NCBI GenBank assembly: GCA_024137785.1
Contig: JAHRHZ010000013.1
Span: 46,003,234 to 46,067,233, forward strand
Direction of reading: 5' to 3'
Origin: Ginglymostoma cirratum
Lineage: Eukaryota
Length of the DNA: 64,000 nt
Made by a program: the position numbers and the translations under genes. Shown here in pieces: positions 25,011 to 38,606 of the stretch. The notes beneath the pieces were generated by a model that saw only the letters and a list, made by a program, of their open reading frames with translations, did not search any database and was not told the DNA's origin. Position 1 is the first letter of the stretch. Each line of letters opens with the position of its first letter.

Positions 25011-26135
25011 GAATTACCAGCCAATTGTATCCTGCCCTGTCTAACCTGCATGTGGTTTCAGGTCCACAGTAACATTGGTTGCCTCTTAACTGCCCTCAGA
25101 AATGGCCTAGAAATCCACTAATTCAAAAGTAATTGAAGATGGGTTACAGGAAAACTCACATCCCACAAAAGAATATTCCTTCAAACTGTTTCTAATTTTA
25201 CGGATGGCATGATGGAAGCATCAAGCAGTTGGTCCACATTTCAGCTTGTTGTGGATACTTACGGATTCCATCCCACCCTGCTATGACTTTGCTCATGGCA
25301 GATAGAGACACAGGCCGTGTGGGAAGCCTGGCAGCTTTATTGCTCATGTCAGGCAGGGGAAATGTGGGGAATTTCCATTGTGAATCCCCTGTCCCCATCG
25401 GAGGGACTTCCACAATGGTCACTTTTTTACTCTTCTCCACCCAGCCATTCAAACCTGCCTGGCACTCCTTCACCCCCATTGGGTCCCAGCAGTCTGATCC
25501 CAATAATAAGCTGAATCTATGTGAAGTTCATTTTCAGGACTGCTTCTGCTCTCAATATGACATTGGTGCAAATCTCACCAAAAACAATAAATGTTGATGT
25601 CAGCATTAATTTGCCAAATGTTGCTTTGAGGGGCAGGTTCGCCTCAGGCAGTTGGGACACCTGGCACTCTGTAAAATTTGGCCCCACATCTGACAAGGAT
25701 CTGACTTTGTCTCCAAATTAAAGTTAAAAGGAATATTTTGGTGAAAAGTTATTTGACCTTTTTATTTTACTGGTTTCTGAAAGTGGAGTGCAGTGTCATG
25801 TTTGCACCAAATATATAATATATCATATTAATAATATGAGCATTGTTCTTTTAGATGTAAGTTTCTCGACATTTTTGATGGCTTTCCAAAAGTTCTGCGT
25901 CACTTACTTAATTCTATTCATTAGCCTTCACTTGCAAATATGTTTTGTTTAACAATGTGAAGGTTCAGGCCAAAGTAGAAAGTGATCTAGTGTCTGAGTC
26001 ATTTGTATATTGTTTAGTGTTAATGCATTATTTAGAAGTTCTCCTCTACATTTATTCCAGTGTGCCGATTTTAATATATATTTTTGACATCTGTAATAAC
26101 CAAGATTAATGTCAATGAAACTCTTGTTATTTCAG

Positions 26136-26226
26136 AAGGCATTGCAGAACAATTTTATACGCAGTTTCATTCAGTCTCAACTGGATATTGATCTTGATAA
26201 AGTTTTGGATAGTTTACAACAATATG
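26136..26226 (+). CDS. ABCA13: ABCA13-like, window exon 9
   Basis: gttatttcAG / G|gtacgg; 91 nt. KALQNNFIRSFIQSQLDIDLDKVLDSLQQY, cf. ABCA13 [23 protein letters not shown] (recalled). Confidence 0.92.
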
Positions 26227-26299
26227 GTACGGTTTTCATTTTGTAGATATTTCTGCTGTGCCCTCTTATTTAGCTTTGTTTTAATTGCAATAATGTGTT

Positions 26300-27370
26300 T
26301 AAATGAATTCCATGTGTATATACACTGTTATAGATTTTCTTCTTCAGTCACTTCAGGAGAAGGGAATGCTGATTTTTCTACTTTTACCCTTCTTTCATTT
26401 TTATAACCTCGAGCATTATCTGTTGATTTACTTTATAACTTGTACTTTCGATCCCTTCCTGTCATGTTTTGTTTATCTTTGCCATATTCACCACTTACTC
26501 TTGTCCATTTCCGCTGTACTTTGATTTATCACATATTCCTAAATTTTCTATTGCCCCAATTATCTAGATTAAAATTGTCTACGTGCCTAGTTATGTGGCT
26601 CACTAGAAATCTTTCCCTTATTATGTGGCTTGCCAGAACAATAGTCCAGCACAGTTCAGATATCAACCTTCCTAGTGATACAGCCTCACTTTCCCTTGTA
26701 CTTCTGGTGCCCCACAAACCTCCCCAAAACTAATCTTTGACCCATGTATTGATTTGTCGAATCTTTTTGCCTGAAGTCAATTTTCGTGTGGCTCCGGTAA
26801 TAACCCGGAGACAATTCCCTACGAGAGGTTCTGCTTCTTAATTTGGTGCTTAGCTCCTATACCAAGGTCATTGGTACCTACATGGACCACAATAACTGGA
26901 TGTGTCCTCTCCCATTGTGAGGTTCCTTTCCAGTCCTGAGCAGATATCCCAAATCCTGATATCTTCCAAGCAATAGAGTCCTCTGGATTTTTTGCTGCAA
27001 AGTATGATGTCAATCCCCCTCATGATACTTCTGCTACAGTAACTACATTGCATCGTAGTCCCCATACTTATTATGGCTTCCTGTTCCACAGTGCTATGAT
27101 CAATGTGTTCATCTACCCTGCAGCCACTCTCCCTTGTCCTTAACTACTGACAAACTCAGAAGACCATATCCTAAGGGACTATTTCCTGGTACAACATGTC
27201 CAGGTAGCTCCCACCCTTTGCTGATGTGCCTCAGTGTCTGCAGCTTGAACACTAGCTCAATGACTCTGAAGCTGTTCAAGCCACAACACTTACAACAGAT
27301 GGATTTACCCTGGATCATCCAGTGCCTGATATATTGTGCAGCCATAATATCTCCTGTTCTGCCATCCTCA
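26300..27370 (-). mobile_element. CR1 ORF1 and inter-ORF remnant
   Basis: HPVIVVHVGTNDLG (esterase GxND block) in track ORF 26819-27013; Cys-rich ORF1 N-terminal remnant near 27250-27340. Confidence 0.7.
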
Positions 27371-28717
27371 TTGTGTTTTAATTCAATTCCTAATAATTTT
27401 ACTGAATTGTTTATTTTGTTTTTATGTACTTTATTATTCTTATCACCAGCTCCTTTACTGTTATAAACTTTAGGTACAGAATGGACCTAGATTCTTTCCT
27501 TGTGGTAGTGAGAACCAATTCCTATGTATGAAAAAGATATAAGAAACAAAGGCACATATCTTCACCCTAATGCCCTTACTCACTCAATTTCCAGCACTTT
27601 TTTTGTTCCAAGTCACAATCACATTTAAATCTTTATCTACTGGCAGAGCCCCGAGCCAGGTGGTTTAACTTTGATTTCATTCAATGTGTGGAAAATTATA
27701 AGCTATTTATTGTACAGAAGTGATCACTTTAAACTGGTGATTGCGTGTTAGACTCATCCATGGTGTAAACATTTCTGAACTATTGAGTGTATTAATTGTT
27801 ATAGATACTTATTCTATTCTAAAAGTGAATGTGGGGAAAGATTTGGATGCATATTGCAACATGTATAATCACATAATGTTATACTTTCCGTTATCAATAA
27901 ATATTAGGTCCACTTACGTAACTTACCAATTGCATTTGAAGTAGACTTAGTAGATTTTTTATATTATAATTTATTTATGCAAAATTAGATTAATTTGACA
28001 ATGTGTTATTTTTTCCATAATACTCAAGCTTCTGTGTCCTTTCTAAAGAATACTTGATGTATAGTCATTGTGCTTTATCCATAATTAATCAGTAAATTGC
28101 AGCCTTAAACAACTGAAGCTAGCTAAATTGGATTCTGTTTTCTCCTTGTCATTAAAATCTTCTGTTAAGCATGAAGAGATAATCATTGCGGTCAGGAATA
28201 TGGATCTGAGTAGGCATAGCCATCTTCCCAACAAAATGATTGGCTATCTATCAAATGAATTATCAACTTCAGTACCTGTATGTCTTAGTTCAAGAATGTA
28301 CCACATGGTGGGGTACAAAACCACAAAGATAAGAACGTCTGAGGCTTGATCTTCACTCTGGTAAGAGTTGATTAGAAAAGCAGCTCAGACAGTATTGTTA
28401 ATTTGAATAGCTTTATGTTGGGGAGTCAGAAGGCAGCTACCACCTCAGTGTGATCGCTATTGTGAAAATCATATATGTTGATATAATCTGAAACCTAGAT
28501 CAAGTTTAACAGTAGTTTCATATCCTTTGTGGCTAAACATCCTATGCGCAAACACTTGTAGGTTTCACAATTTGGAATGAGCAATTGAACCTGTACTGAG
28601 GGGCAATCCATAATAAGAATTTATATTTTCAATGTCAGGAGGAAGAAAGTCAAAAGACAAGAACAAAAATAATATTGATCTAATTAAATTAAAAATTGAA
28701 AACTTTACATTTTTCAG

Positions 28718-28894
28718 AAGAAACAATCTCTGAAGCAATGAACGATCCAGTAGTACAACAGATCACTGTCCTCTCACAGCTGATGGTGAATGTCTCATCC
28801 TGCATATTACTAGACCGCTTTAAACATCTAGAATCTAAGGAAGAACTGCAACAGAGAGTAAAAGAACTAATGGAAAAAAACACATTCCTAGCAA
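28718..28894 (+). CDS. ABCA13: ABCA13-like, window exon 10
   Basis: atttttcAG / A|gtaagt; 177 nt. (E)ETISEAMNDPVVQQITVLSQLMVNVSSCILLDRFKHLESKEELQQRVKELMEKNTFLA. Confidence 0.95.
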
Positions 28895-30451
28895 GTAAGT
28901 GCCTGCTACATCTATCATCCAAGAAAAAGACTGTGTCTTAAAATTTTAATTTTGCGCTGAAACCTAAGTTTATTTTTGGCTAAGTGCCAGTTGGATCAAA
29001 TTTTTTGGAGGGTTTAAACCTGCAAGACCTAACAAGATTTCTCTTCACATCTTACCAAGCCTGCCTCATTATCTATGTTCTCTGAACAAAAGCATCTCTC
29101 TTGCCTGGTCTTACCACATGCCGTTCTTAGACCGAATCGCCACTCAGCAGATATCTACCAAAAGACTGGCATCCCTTTGCACTGCACTGTATTTAAATGG
29201 CCACTGTGCACCCAGAGAAGCATTGGCAATCTGCTGTTGCCCTCACTAAGAATATAATGGCATAGCAGCCCCCACACTACTCATGGCTCATGGCTGATAC
29301 TCCCTCACAAATAAAACTCCTTTCTCTCACCCTTGTCACTGTTTGACTCTCAGTCCTCGTGGGATACCTGTCCTTAGCTACATTTAGCCTCTAGACCCTT
29401 TCTAAGTCACTTAGGCTCTGTCCTCAATGTGTACTGTAGACCCATAGTTTATCATTGCCCTGTGGGAGAATATCGCATACAGGCAAGCAATCGGAAAATT
29501 CCAGATATGAGCTCTTATTGACTGGCAGCAAAAATAAACACAAATGAACCAGTAGAGGCCGCAGTTGATTTCCACAATGCAAACAAAATGCTGGCATCAG
29601 GACTAATGACAGTCAATCATGGTCTGCTCCATCCAGCTGTCATCAACTGGAGGTAGGTATCAATCAGGTCTTGCTAGTGTTAAGGCACCTAATGTAACTG
29701 AGCTCTTTCAAACATAAACTCTAGCCTTCTCCTAGCCCACCTCTGGAAACCACATCTTCAGCAGCACTATGGTCTGCTCCACCATGGACCTGCTCACAAC
29801 ATGTGCACCAACTTGGTAAAAGTGTCACACTGGCTGAGTGACCAGTGCGCGATGTCAAAATGTTATGTTAGCTGTGCTCTGACCCCTTCCTGTTGCAGAT
29901 TCATTTCAACGGTTCATTTTTTAATTGCATTCATTAAGGTTCATGGTCATACTTACATGACACATGACTCATGATGTTGATGTTCCCCTCCTCCTACAGC
30001 ACCCTTGGAAGATTCACAAGTGATGAGATGCTTACGGACAGCACTCAATTCCTTTTTCAAGTCTTTGCTGCTACCTTCTGTATCACTGTGATGGCAATGT
30101 TAGATTTGCAAGCTTGATGCAATTCACTTTTGATGAACATCTGAACCCAAAGCACATTCATTCTTCATACATTGCAAATGGGCAAAGAAATAATCAGAAA
30201 TCAAGCTCAGCTGGAGATCACAATATGCTTCATGTATTTGACATTCAATCACCTAGCATTATCCACAACATATGTGGATCTGCACTTTTATCACTCGAAG
30301 GGACCCTAACCCTGCCTACCTGAATATTGTCCAATTTTCCAGTTGTACTTTGCACCTAAAGAATGACATGCCATAGCAAGGAATACAGTTTGTGGTGGAC
30401 ATTGTTGGTACTGGACTTCACCTGGCAGTAGACCGGGGGAACATTAATTTC

Positions 30452-30555
30452 GGAACAAAAACAGAAGTTGCTGGAAAAGCTCAGCAGGTCTGACAGCTTC
30501 TGTGGAGAAAATATCAGAGTTAAGTTTTCGGGTCCAGTGACCCTTCGTCAGAACT
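30452..30555 (-). mobile_element. Penelope-type pLTR fragment with hammerhead-ribozyme-like core
   Basis: Minus strand reads AGTT CTGACGA A GGGTC ACTG GACCC GAAA ACTT AACT, followed by the family body CTGATATTTTCTCCACAGAAGCTGTCAGACCTGCTGAGCTTTTCCAGCAAC. Confidence 0.7.
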
Positions 30556-30719
30556 GGGCTGGATGCTGTATAAAGCAGAGTCCATCACCTCATTACCAAA
30601 CAAAATTATGATCTAAGAGTTGTAATAGGTGTATTAGTTCACTTGGTATTTGCTGTAGTTCCCCTTAGCCGCATTCCGGCATTAGTCTTTTCAAGCATTT
30701 TTAATTGAGACAGCTGGAT

Positions 30720-31090
30720 ATACTCACCATAGAAGGAATGCAGAAGAAGTTCACTGGGATGATACTAGGACTGCCCTTTGAAGAAAAATTGTTTTGACTG
30801 GGCCTGTGTTCACTGTTTAGGAAGATGAAAAGGGATCTGATTGAAATGTATAAAATTCAAACATGGGTGGACAGACTAGATGCAGGGAGCATGTTTTCAA
30901 TGGTTGTGGACTAGGGAACACTGTCTCAGATGTGGAGTAAGACTTAAACAAAGAAAATTTCTTCAGTCAATTGCGAGTAAACCTATGTAATTCTCTACCA
31001 CAGAAGGCTGTGGATGTCAAGTCACTACATATATCCAAGAAACAGACAGATAAAATTTTAGATATTATAGCCATCAAGTGTTAAAGGGGT
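30720..31090 (+). mobile_element. CR1 3' region, decayed
   Basis: GAATGCAGAAGAAGTTCACTGGGATGATA...GATCTGATTGAAATGTATAAAATT...AATTCTCTACCACAG, corresponding to the QRRFTRMIPG, RGDLIEVYKI and WNSLP segments. Confidence 0.7.
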
Positions 31091-31689
31091 AAAGTGGGAA
31101 GCCGGGATGAATATAGGCCAGGACATGTGAGAGGTCCTTGTTCCTGTTCCCCTTAATGGAGGGCTGTTGGAGTCTAGGATCTTTACAGACCAAAGTTGTA
31201 CCAACACAGAGTTAGGCTTCACCATAAACTTGATATTTTATTGAATCCACCACCATCCCTAATGCAAATACCCTATAACAGTTTAGATAACACAAACATA
31301 AAATTGAAATTACTGGTCCCAAAGCAAATCCTTCTGTGATTAGCTGAAAAGGACAGCTGAAGCATTCTGCAGTTTGACTGCAACTCCCAGTTAACTGAAC
31401 AAAGTCACACAACTTAGTCACACCTAATTAAAATGTGGGTAAATTTACAAAGATTTTGTCCAAAACCCTTACAAATCTTATTAATGTCACTATGATTTGG
31501 CTGAAATCCAACTTCTCCATCGGTCTTGATTGTCGGGCTGACTGGTCCTGATCCTTTACTGGACTTCAGTAAAGTCTCTGTCTGATGTTGTCCCCTTTTT
31601 GTGTTGACTCTAAACACAATATCACAAGTGCGCCTCCTGTTGTCATCCTGCTGAATTTCCCGTGTTTAGCAGCTATTAATTTTAAGCTT

Positions 31690-31940
31690 ATTCAATGCAA
31701 GGAGATTCGAGGAAAATCTCTTCCACCCAGAGCATGATTGGGACCTGGAAAGCACTGCCTTGGAGGATGGTTGAGGCAGGAAACTCTCAAACTTAAAATG
31801 TATGTTGATGAGGACTCGAAGTGTCATAACATTCAAGGATATGGGCCCAGTGTGGGAAAGTGGAACTCGTGTACATAGTGTATTTTTTGATGGTACAGTC
31901 TCAATGGACTGAAGAACGTGTTCTGTACTATATGATTCTA
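31690..31940 (+). mobile_element. CR1 3' end, decayed
   Basis: TCTTCCACCCAGAG...TGGAAAGCACTGCCT...GGATATGGGCC...TGTACTATATGATTCTA tail. Confidence 0.6.
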
Positions 31941-33144
31941 GGCAGGATGGCAGTCATGCAGTTCTCATGATATTTCCGTAGCGGAAAGTATTACATGGTG
32001 AGAGATTCCTGGCTTCAAAGTTGATGGGAATGTAAATTCTTTTCTCCTCAACAGGAGTGAATGGTGCTGTGTGATGGCTGTGGTCTGACATTTGATGATT
32101 GGGGTGATCTCAATTTCTTAATTGACTAATACAATGGTGTTCTCCTGTTTATGATCCAGTTTCTCAACTGCATCAATTCTGTTGTAATAGTTGAATTAAC
32201 CACTTTCTGTGTAGCCCGCCTCTGTATGTTTATGTGGAGGTGTGGCTTTTATTCACAGTACTTATGTCTGTTTTATCTGAGGTTTTTCACATCTCATAAT
32301 GGAGGGAGATTCTGATCCTACCAGACATAAAATAACTCCCTGCACTTCTCCAAACAAACTGTGGGATTTTTTTTGTGTTCACGTGAGAGAGCCAATATTC
32401 GTTGAATGTTTCATTCAAAAGAAAAGATCTTCAGCATTGATTTTTATGCTTAGTCCTGGAGTGCGTCTTGAGCCCATAACCTTCTAACTCAGAACTGAGC
32501 ATGCTGCCAAACTAAACCAAGGCTGACAGTTGTCACGCCTCATATGAATGTGAGGTGATACGTCAGTTCACTTTGCTTGACGAGAAATAGCAACTAATCT
32601 GAACAATTTTTGAAGTGCAAAGGTGATATCTACTGTACAAATGGTGATCCTGGCACTTTGGATATTTGACTGTTTTCTCAGCGGTTGCCTCATACAGGAA
32701 GAGTGATGAATTTGTTCCACCTTCCAACCAAAGTCTGCATAACCTGTCCGATCTAGCCGTGGATAAGCAATGAACCAATTTTGGCTGGCAGGATTAGAGG
32801 TGTGAAAGATAAACTGTTATCCACTTGAAAGGCCATCCCTGTATAGTCTGCAGGTGTCTCCTGTAAGATGGCAGTCATTTTTTGAAGCTGATGCAGGAAA
32901 TAACCTTCTTGTGATATGTGTAGATTCAAGATTACCAAACTTGGATTTTGAAGTAGTTATGCTATGCATGCTTTTCCTATGGTGTCACAGCAGAGCAAGT
33001 ACACATCATGATTTAAAAACCAGAGATTCAGCTCTGATGGATTAACTCCTTGGGGGTGAGGGGTGGGAGGTGGGTGTCAGTGGATACTATACAGCTAATA
33101 ATTGAAGACTGGGATGGAATTCCTATCATCAGGGATTTCCCCCC

Positions 33145-33790
33145 AATATCTATATCTTGGGGGTTACTATTGACCAGATCTGAACTGAACCAACCAAATG
33201 AATGCTGTTAGTACAAGATCATGTCAGAAGTTGGGAATTCTGTGCTGAATAACTCATTGCTTGAGTCCCCAAAGCCTGTACACTATTTGCAAGGTATAGT
33301 CAGCAGTGTGGTGGAATACTTTCCATTTGACCAGGCAATTGCAGCTCTGACGATACTAAAAAAGCCCAACACCATCCAGGACAAAGCGATTTCCTTTTTT
33401 AGGATTCCATCCATCACCTTCCATGTTCACTCCCTTCATCACCAATGCCCAGTGACAGCAATATGCACCTGCTACAAGCTGCACTACAGGAGCTCAGTAA
33501 GGTTCCTCTGACAGGACCTTCTAAACCAGTGAACTCTACCACTTAGAAGGACAAGAGCAGCAGATGCATTGGGACATCAAACTTGCAAATTGTGGTCCAC
33601 GCTAACAGCATCCTGACATGGAAATATATCAAAGATAGCAAGAACTGCAAATGCTGGAGTCAGAGACAAGATAGTATGGAGCTGGAGGAACACAGCAGGC
33701 CAGGCAGCATCAGAGGAGCAGGAAAGTTGATGTTTTGATCGGGACTGTTCCGAACCTAGCCAATAATGACCACATCCCATGAATAAATTT
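33145..33790 (+). mobile_element. CR1/L2-group LINE 3' portion, with a Penelope-type short insert at ~33630-33752
   Basis: SVVEYFPFDQAIAALTILKKPNTIQDKA, same family as 14025. The insert GAACTGCAAATGCTGGAGTC...GAACACAGCAGGCCAGGCAGCATC matches the 12597/22707 family. Confidence 0.7.
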
Positions 33791-34554
33791 TAAAATGAGT
33801 TGACAGTCCCCAACCATCCTTGAAGTAGTTAAATGACTGAATGGCCTTTTTAGCTGGCTACACCCGCATCCTTTTTATCCTCCCCAAAAGCTTTCAGAAC
33901 AAGTAACAGCTCCTCTTTGAAAAGCTCAATGGTGCTCTTCATTCAGACCATGAATGTTTTATAGCCTTCTCTCCCAAGATCATTGGGAGTGTTTTCCTGC
34001 AGTCTAGTAGGGGGGACACATGTGCAATGAGAACAGTCTTTGAGGCCATCTCTCAATATGGCAGCATTTAAGTACCCTTGGGACCCACTGAAGCAGTGCA
34101 CTTCACAATACCAGGAAACGAACCATGTCAGACAGCCTTACTATGAAAAGCCACTGATATTGAAATCACAACCCCTTCAATAAATGACAGCACCTTTTTT
34201 GTGCCCATGTTTCAAGCTACATTGAATCATGCTATAGAAGCATGAAAGTTAATAGGAAAGATCTTCATTCAAGCACCGGGGAAAATTATTAAAATGTCTT
34301 TTCTGTAAGAGTACAAAATTAGTGTTGAAATATTTGTGTGCTGCTATATGTTTCTATAGGAAATGAAAATTGTCTACGTTATTGAGTGAGAACTGAGATC
34401 CACTGCATAGTTATGCAAGATGGAATCCACTGTACACTGATGAGGGGCATCTGTTATTATACTGTTACATTTTACTTCCATCATCAATTTTCTCCCTTTT
34501 TAATTAGCGTTTTAGATGGTTCCTAAAAGCTTTCCATTCCTTTGACCTACAACA

Positions 34555-34845
34555 GTTTTTTGGGGCATATTTTTAAAGTGAGTGAAGAAAGATTTAAAAA
34601 AGGCATGAGGGACAACCTTTTTACACAAAGAGAGGTTCATGTGGAGAAAGACCTTCCAGAGGAAGTGGTGGATGTGGGTACAGTTGCAACGTTTAAAAGA
34701 CATTTAGATAAGTGCATGAATAAGAAATGTTCGGAGGGATATGGGCCAAGCACAGGCAGATCAGACTGTTTAGTTTGGGATTATGGTCGGCATGGACTGA
34801 TTCGATCAAAGGGTCTGTTTCTGTGCTGTGTAACTCTATAACTAG
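34555..34845 (+). mobile_element. CR1 3' end
   Basis: GHIFKVSEERFKKGMRDNLFTQREV...LPEEVVDVGTVATFKRHLDK, with tail GGGTCTGTTTCTGTGCTGTGTAACTCTATAACT. Confidence 0.8.
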
Positions 34846-34849
34846 CTTT

Positions 34850-35600
34850 TCTCACTTTAAATGCCTTAGTTTTGATTAGATATTCTCCCTGAGTGTGTTT
34901 GTTAATCATGGGTGCTTCATCCTTCTCTTAAAGTCCTTTTTGACGAGGATAAATTTTGCTAAGCATAATGAACTGTCTGTTTAAATATTTGCCACTGCCT
35001 GTCCATTGATCTTCCTCTGAGTCTATTATCCCAGGCTGCTTTACACAACTCTTTCTGCTTCCTCTGTAATTGCCTTCTTTTAAGTTGAGGCCATTGGTTT
35101 GAGACCTATTTGTTCTCCCTCAAGCTCAATTTGAAATTCTACTTTAGGGTATCCTAAGCTATGAGGCCTCTTAATCTTATGGAATTCTACATTTCTAGAT
35201 TTATAATACCTTGTTCTCAGGTGTGTGTACAATGTAATAAACAGTCCCTGCTGCACTCTACCATCTATTGCACCTATATTGCTGCACACCACTGCACTGA
35301 TGCTTCTCTTATTAACAACAGTATCCCTCCTCATTTTACCGATTTTTCTGGAACATAGAATATCCTTAAATATTGACTTTCCAGTCCCAGTCACTCTGCA
35401 ACCTTGTGTCTGTAATAGCTGTTAAGTTATACACAGCTGTTTCCATTCATGCCTTTAGTTCACGTATATTGTTACAGCTCTGCAGGCAGTCAAATAAAGA
35501 GCCTTAAGCCTTGACTGTTTTTACCACTACGACTTATTTTAATTCTAATTTCTGCTGCATTCTTCTGATTATTCTTTCTTGCTCCTTCCTGTCGCACTCA
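34850..35600 (-). mobile_element. CR1 ORF2 N-terminal (endonuclease) remnant
   Basis: Minus-strand pieces resemble AxTETWL...DW...I.GY..FRKDR...GGGVALL; heavily decayed. Confidence 0.55.
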
Positions 35601-38600
35601 CCTGAAGCATGGTGACCTTCAGATTAAACCACCACAAGTCCTCTCTGTCTAAAGAGAGAGCAGCCTTATTGTCTGCTAAGATCATGGCAACTTTATCTTA
35701 CCTTACTATATTGCACCCCTGCTCTTTTTTTTAACTTTTTTTAAAAAGCTCCCTTCAATTCGACACGTCCTGCTAATTAGTTTAGACGATCTCAAAACAC
35801 ACTGTTCCTATTAGGTTTTAAAGTTGATACTTGATTAATTTGCTATAACATACAGTATTTATAATATTTTCATAATTTTCATAATAAACTAAAACGCTGC
35901 ATATTCTTGTAGCTTGAGTGTCCAAAGTCTTGCACTTTTCATCCACAAAGAACTCAATCTATCAAATTCTAACACTTGTAACAGAAAAATTCTTACATTA
36001 ACTTCACATTATATAAAGAGCATGACAGGTGCATCTTTTTAACATTTTTATTTTTCATGTATAGTCAGATTGGTGGCTTTTTCTCGTGAGCTTTAGGACC
36101 GTGACATGGGGCCAAATTAATTTCCCAAGCCTACAATTGCTACGAATGAGAGTCACTCAGGAATTCCCCAGCAGGACATTTGTAAATTGGCTGCTTCTAT
36201 ACTTACCACCCGTTAAGGGCAGTTGGCAGGCTGTCAAAGCTGCAGGTTCGAACAGAGGATTAGCAGTTCTGTAACCTTGGCAGTTCCACAGAAGAGGACA
36301 CTGGAATATAGGGAACATGAAGGCGCCCCAACATAGAAGAGCCCTTGCTGGCATCTTCATTAGTAGAAAAATAAACATGAACAAGTCCATCAGAATGTTG
36401 GGGAAACCCGGCCGCTGGATCATGCCTTTTGTGCAAGGTCCCATCAATGGGCTATAGAACCTTTAATCTGATGTTCCCTACAGTCTACCATCTGTTGAAT
36501 AGGCAGACTCTGTGTGTGGTGAGAATGCTACGCTGGTAGCAGAATGCTGGCAAGGCTGCATTTAAATGGGCCTTTGAATCAGGCTACTTGACTGTCTGTC
36601 TCCGACCACCAGCTCACTCTTGGGCAAATTCCCTGGCTATAGGAATGCATAAAGGGGCTCTCCTTCTCCCCCTTTATTTTCTCTAGGTTTCTAGCTCTAA
36701 GCCTGTTATCACAGGACTAGGAAATTTCAACCCAAAATGTTTTTGCTATTTTAATCTCAGAATCAAAATTCTCTCGGCACAGAAGGAGGCTATTTGGCCT
36801 ATCTTATCTGCATTGGCTGTTCAAATGAACTTCATTGTCTAATGCCAGTTTTCTGCTTTTTCATCATACCCTTACACATTGGATGGTTACTTGGATAGAA
36901 ACAATGCTCTCATTAATGTCTCAATTGAACCCGCCTGCACCACAATTCCAGACAGTGCATCCCAGACCCAAACGACTTGTCTTGTGAAAAAGTTTTTTTC
37001 CCATATCATACTTGTTCCTTTTGCAATTCACTTTACATTTTTGGACTCCAGTTCTTGATCCTTTATATGGAAAGTTAGTGCAAAATTACGCAAACATATC
37101 ACCATTTTACATTGTGCAGCCTGTATGGTCAGTCAAATGTATTTTGTAGAGCATAGACATCCATTGAAAGTGAACAGTCATGATTATTTGAAGTTTGTAT
37201 TATTTTAGAACTGATTTTCATAAAGTGGGCGCAGAGGAGATTAATGAAGAAAGCTAGAAAAGAAAATACTTCTAGTTTTCTTTAATTGCACAATAGATGT
37301 TGTGAATCATTTGCAATAATATTTGGCTACTGAATTAATTAGTATCAACATTCTGGAATATTCAGCCAAATTTTGTGAATTCCCCAGCATTAAATAGGGC
37401 AATGACAGAGATGACACGTTGCATTTTCCAGATTCTTGAATGAAACATTTTTTTAAAAGTGCACCACTGATACTGAAAAGAATTAATCAGGATAGCATAG
37501 CAAAAGTGTGATCTTCAGCTTAAACAAATTGTCCCCTTATAACATTTCCATCCTTATCTTGGTGTCACATTTTCCATTAAGTATCTTGAGATTTTTTTTT
37601 GCACTGATAAAGCTGATTTATCAGTCTGTTCAATACCTATTGCTATTGTAGCTGAATGCAGTAAGATCAGCTATTTAACCCAGTTTGTAGTAATCTGCTG
37701 TTATTGTTCATACCCTTCTGTCATTTGTCAAACTCTAATGCCATAGAATTGAAAGCCCTGTCAATTTGATATATTATGCATTACCTTCGTACCTTTTGTG
37801 CTTTTAATTGTGACTGAGATGGAAAATCTCACTACTTTGAAGATTTTTTATCGCTGTCTATCACTGAAATGAAAATAATTTACTTATCATTGCCACTTTA
37901 CATATGGATGTGGGAGCATTGAAACATCCTTGGTGCATTGTACCATGGGTATATAGCTGTGTGAGCATTCTCATAGAGACACATAGCAGGCTAAGCCTGG
38001 GAGGATCGATGCAAATAGGGATTGGCGATCCCAATTTAGACTCAGTTATGCAATTTGACTGAGGGTTTTGTAAATCGAGGAAGAGCAATACCTTTCCTCC
38101 TAGTCCCACAAGCAATAAATTTTTAAAATTGTTAGCACGTTCTAAGTGACATCCAAGTGTTTCTCTCCACCTGCTGCAATAAGCTCTTTCTCCTTGTATG
38201 TGAAAACTGCACTCAGGAGTGCAATAACTGATGTGCACATTTGAGAATTTTTACGTGAAGGTCAGGTTTCATTGGATGGAGTTCATTCAGTTACAGATAA
38301 ACCCTGACGTCAAATCAATGATTGAAACACTGCTTCATTTTCAACTGTGTTCTGTGTACTTTTCAAGGGAGAATTAGTTAAAGATGGCAGTTAAAAATGA
38401 TCAAAATGCTTATATTCCTAAGTACCTGAGCACTGAAAGGATTCATTATTCTGATATTGCAATTGTGTAAGTGCACATCACTCTGAGCAATAAGTATCCA
38501 GAATAATTTTTATCCAGATTAAAAAAAGTTAGTGTTGCCATGGCTGTTATGAAAAGAAATTTTGAGTTCTCTATAATACATATGAATTATTTTCCTATTT

Positions 38601-38606
38601 TTCTAG

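Noticed and set aside
31100-31630. Possible minus-strand LTR fragment
   Set aside because: No TG..CA ends or TSD could be identified.
32560-33050. Possible Harbinger/HARBI1 transposase remnant (DK..YPL-like words)
   Set aside because: Too degenerate to support by eye; needs a tblastn or HMM search.
28895-38606. Missing exon or nested gene in the 9.7-kb intron
   Set aside because: The flanking exons join in phase (FLA|SILF) with no gap in the expected protein, and the content is explained largely by repeats.
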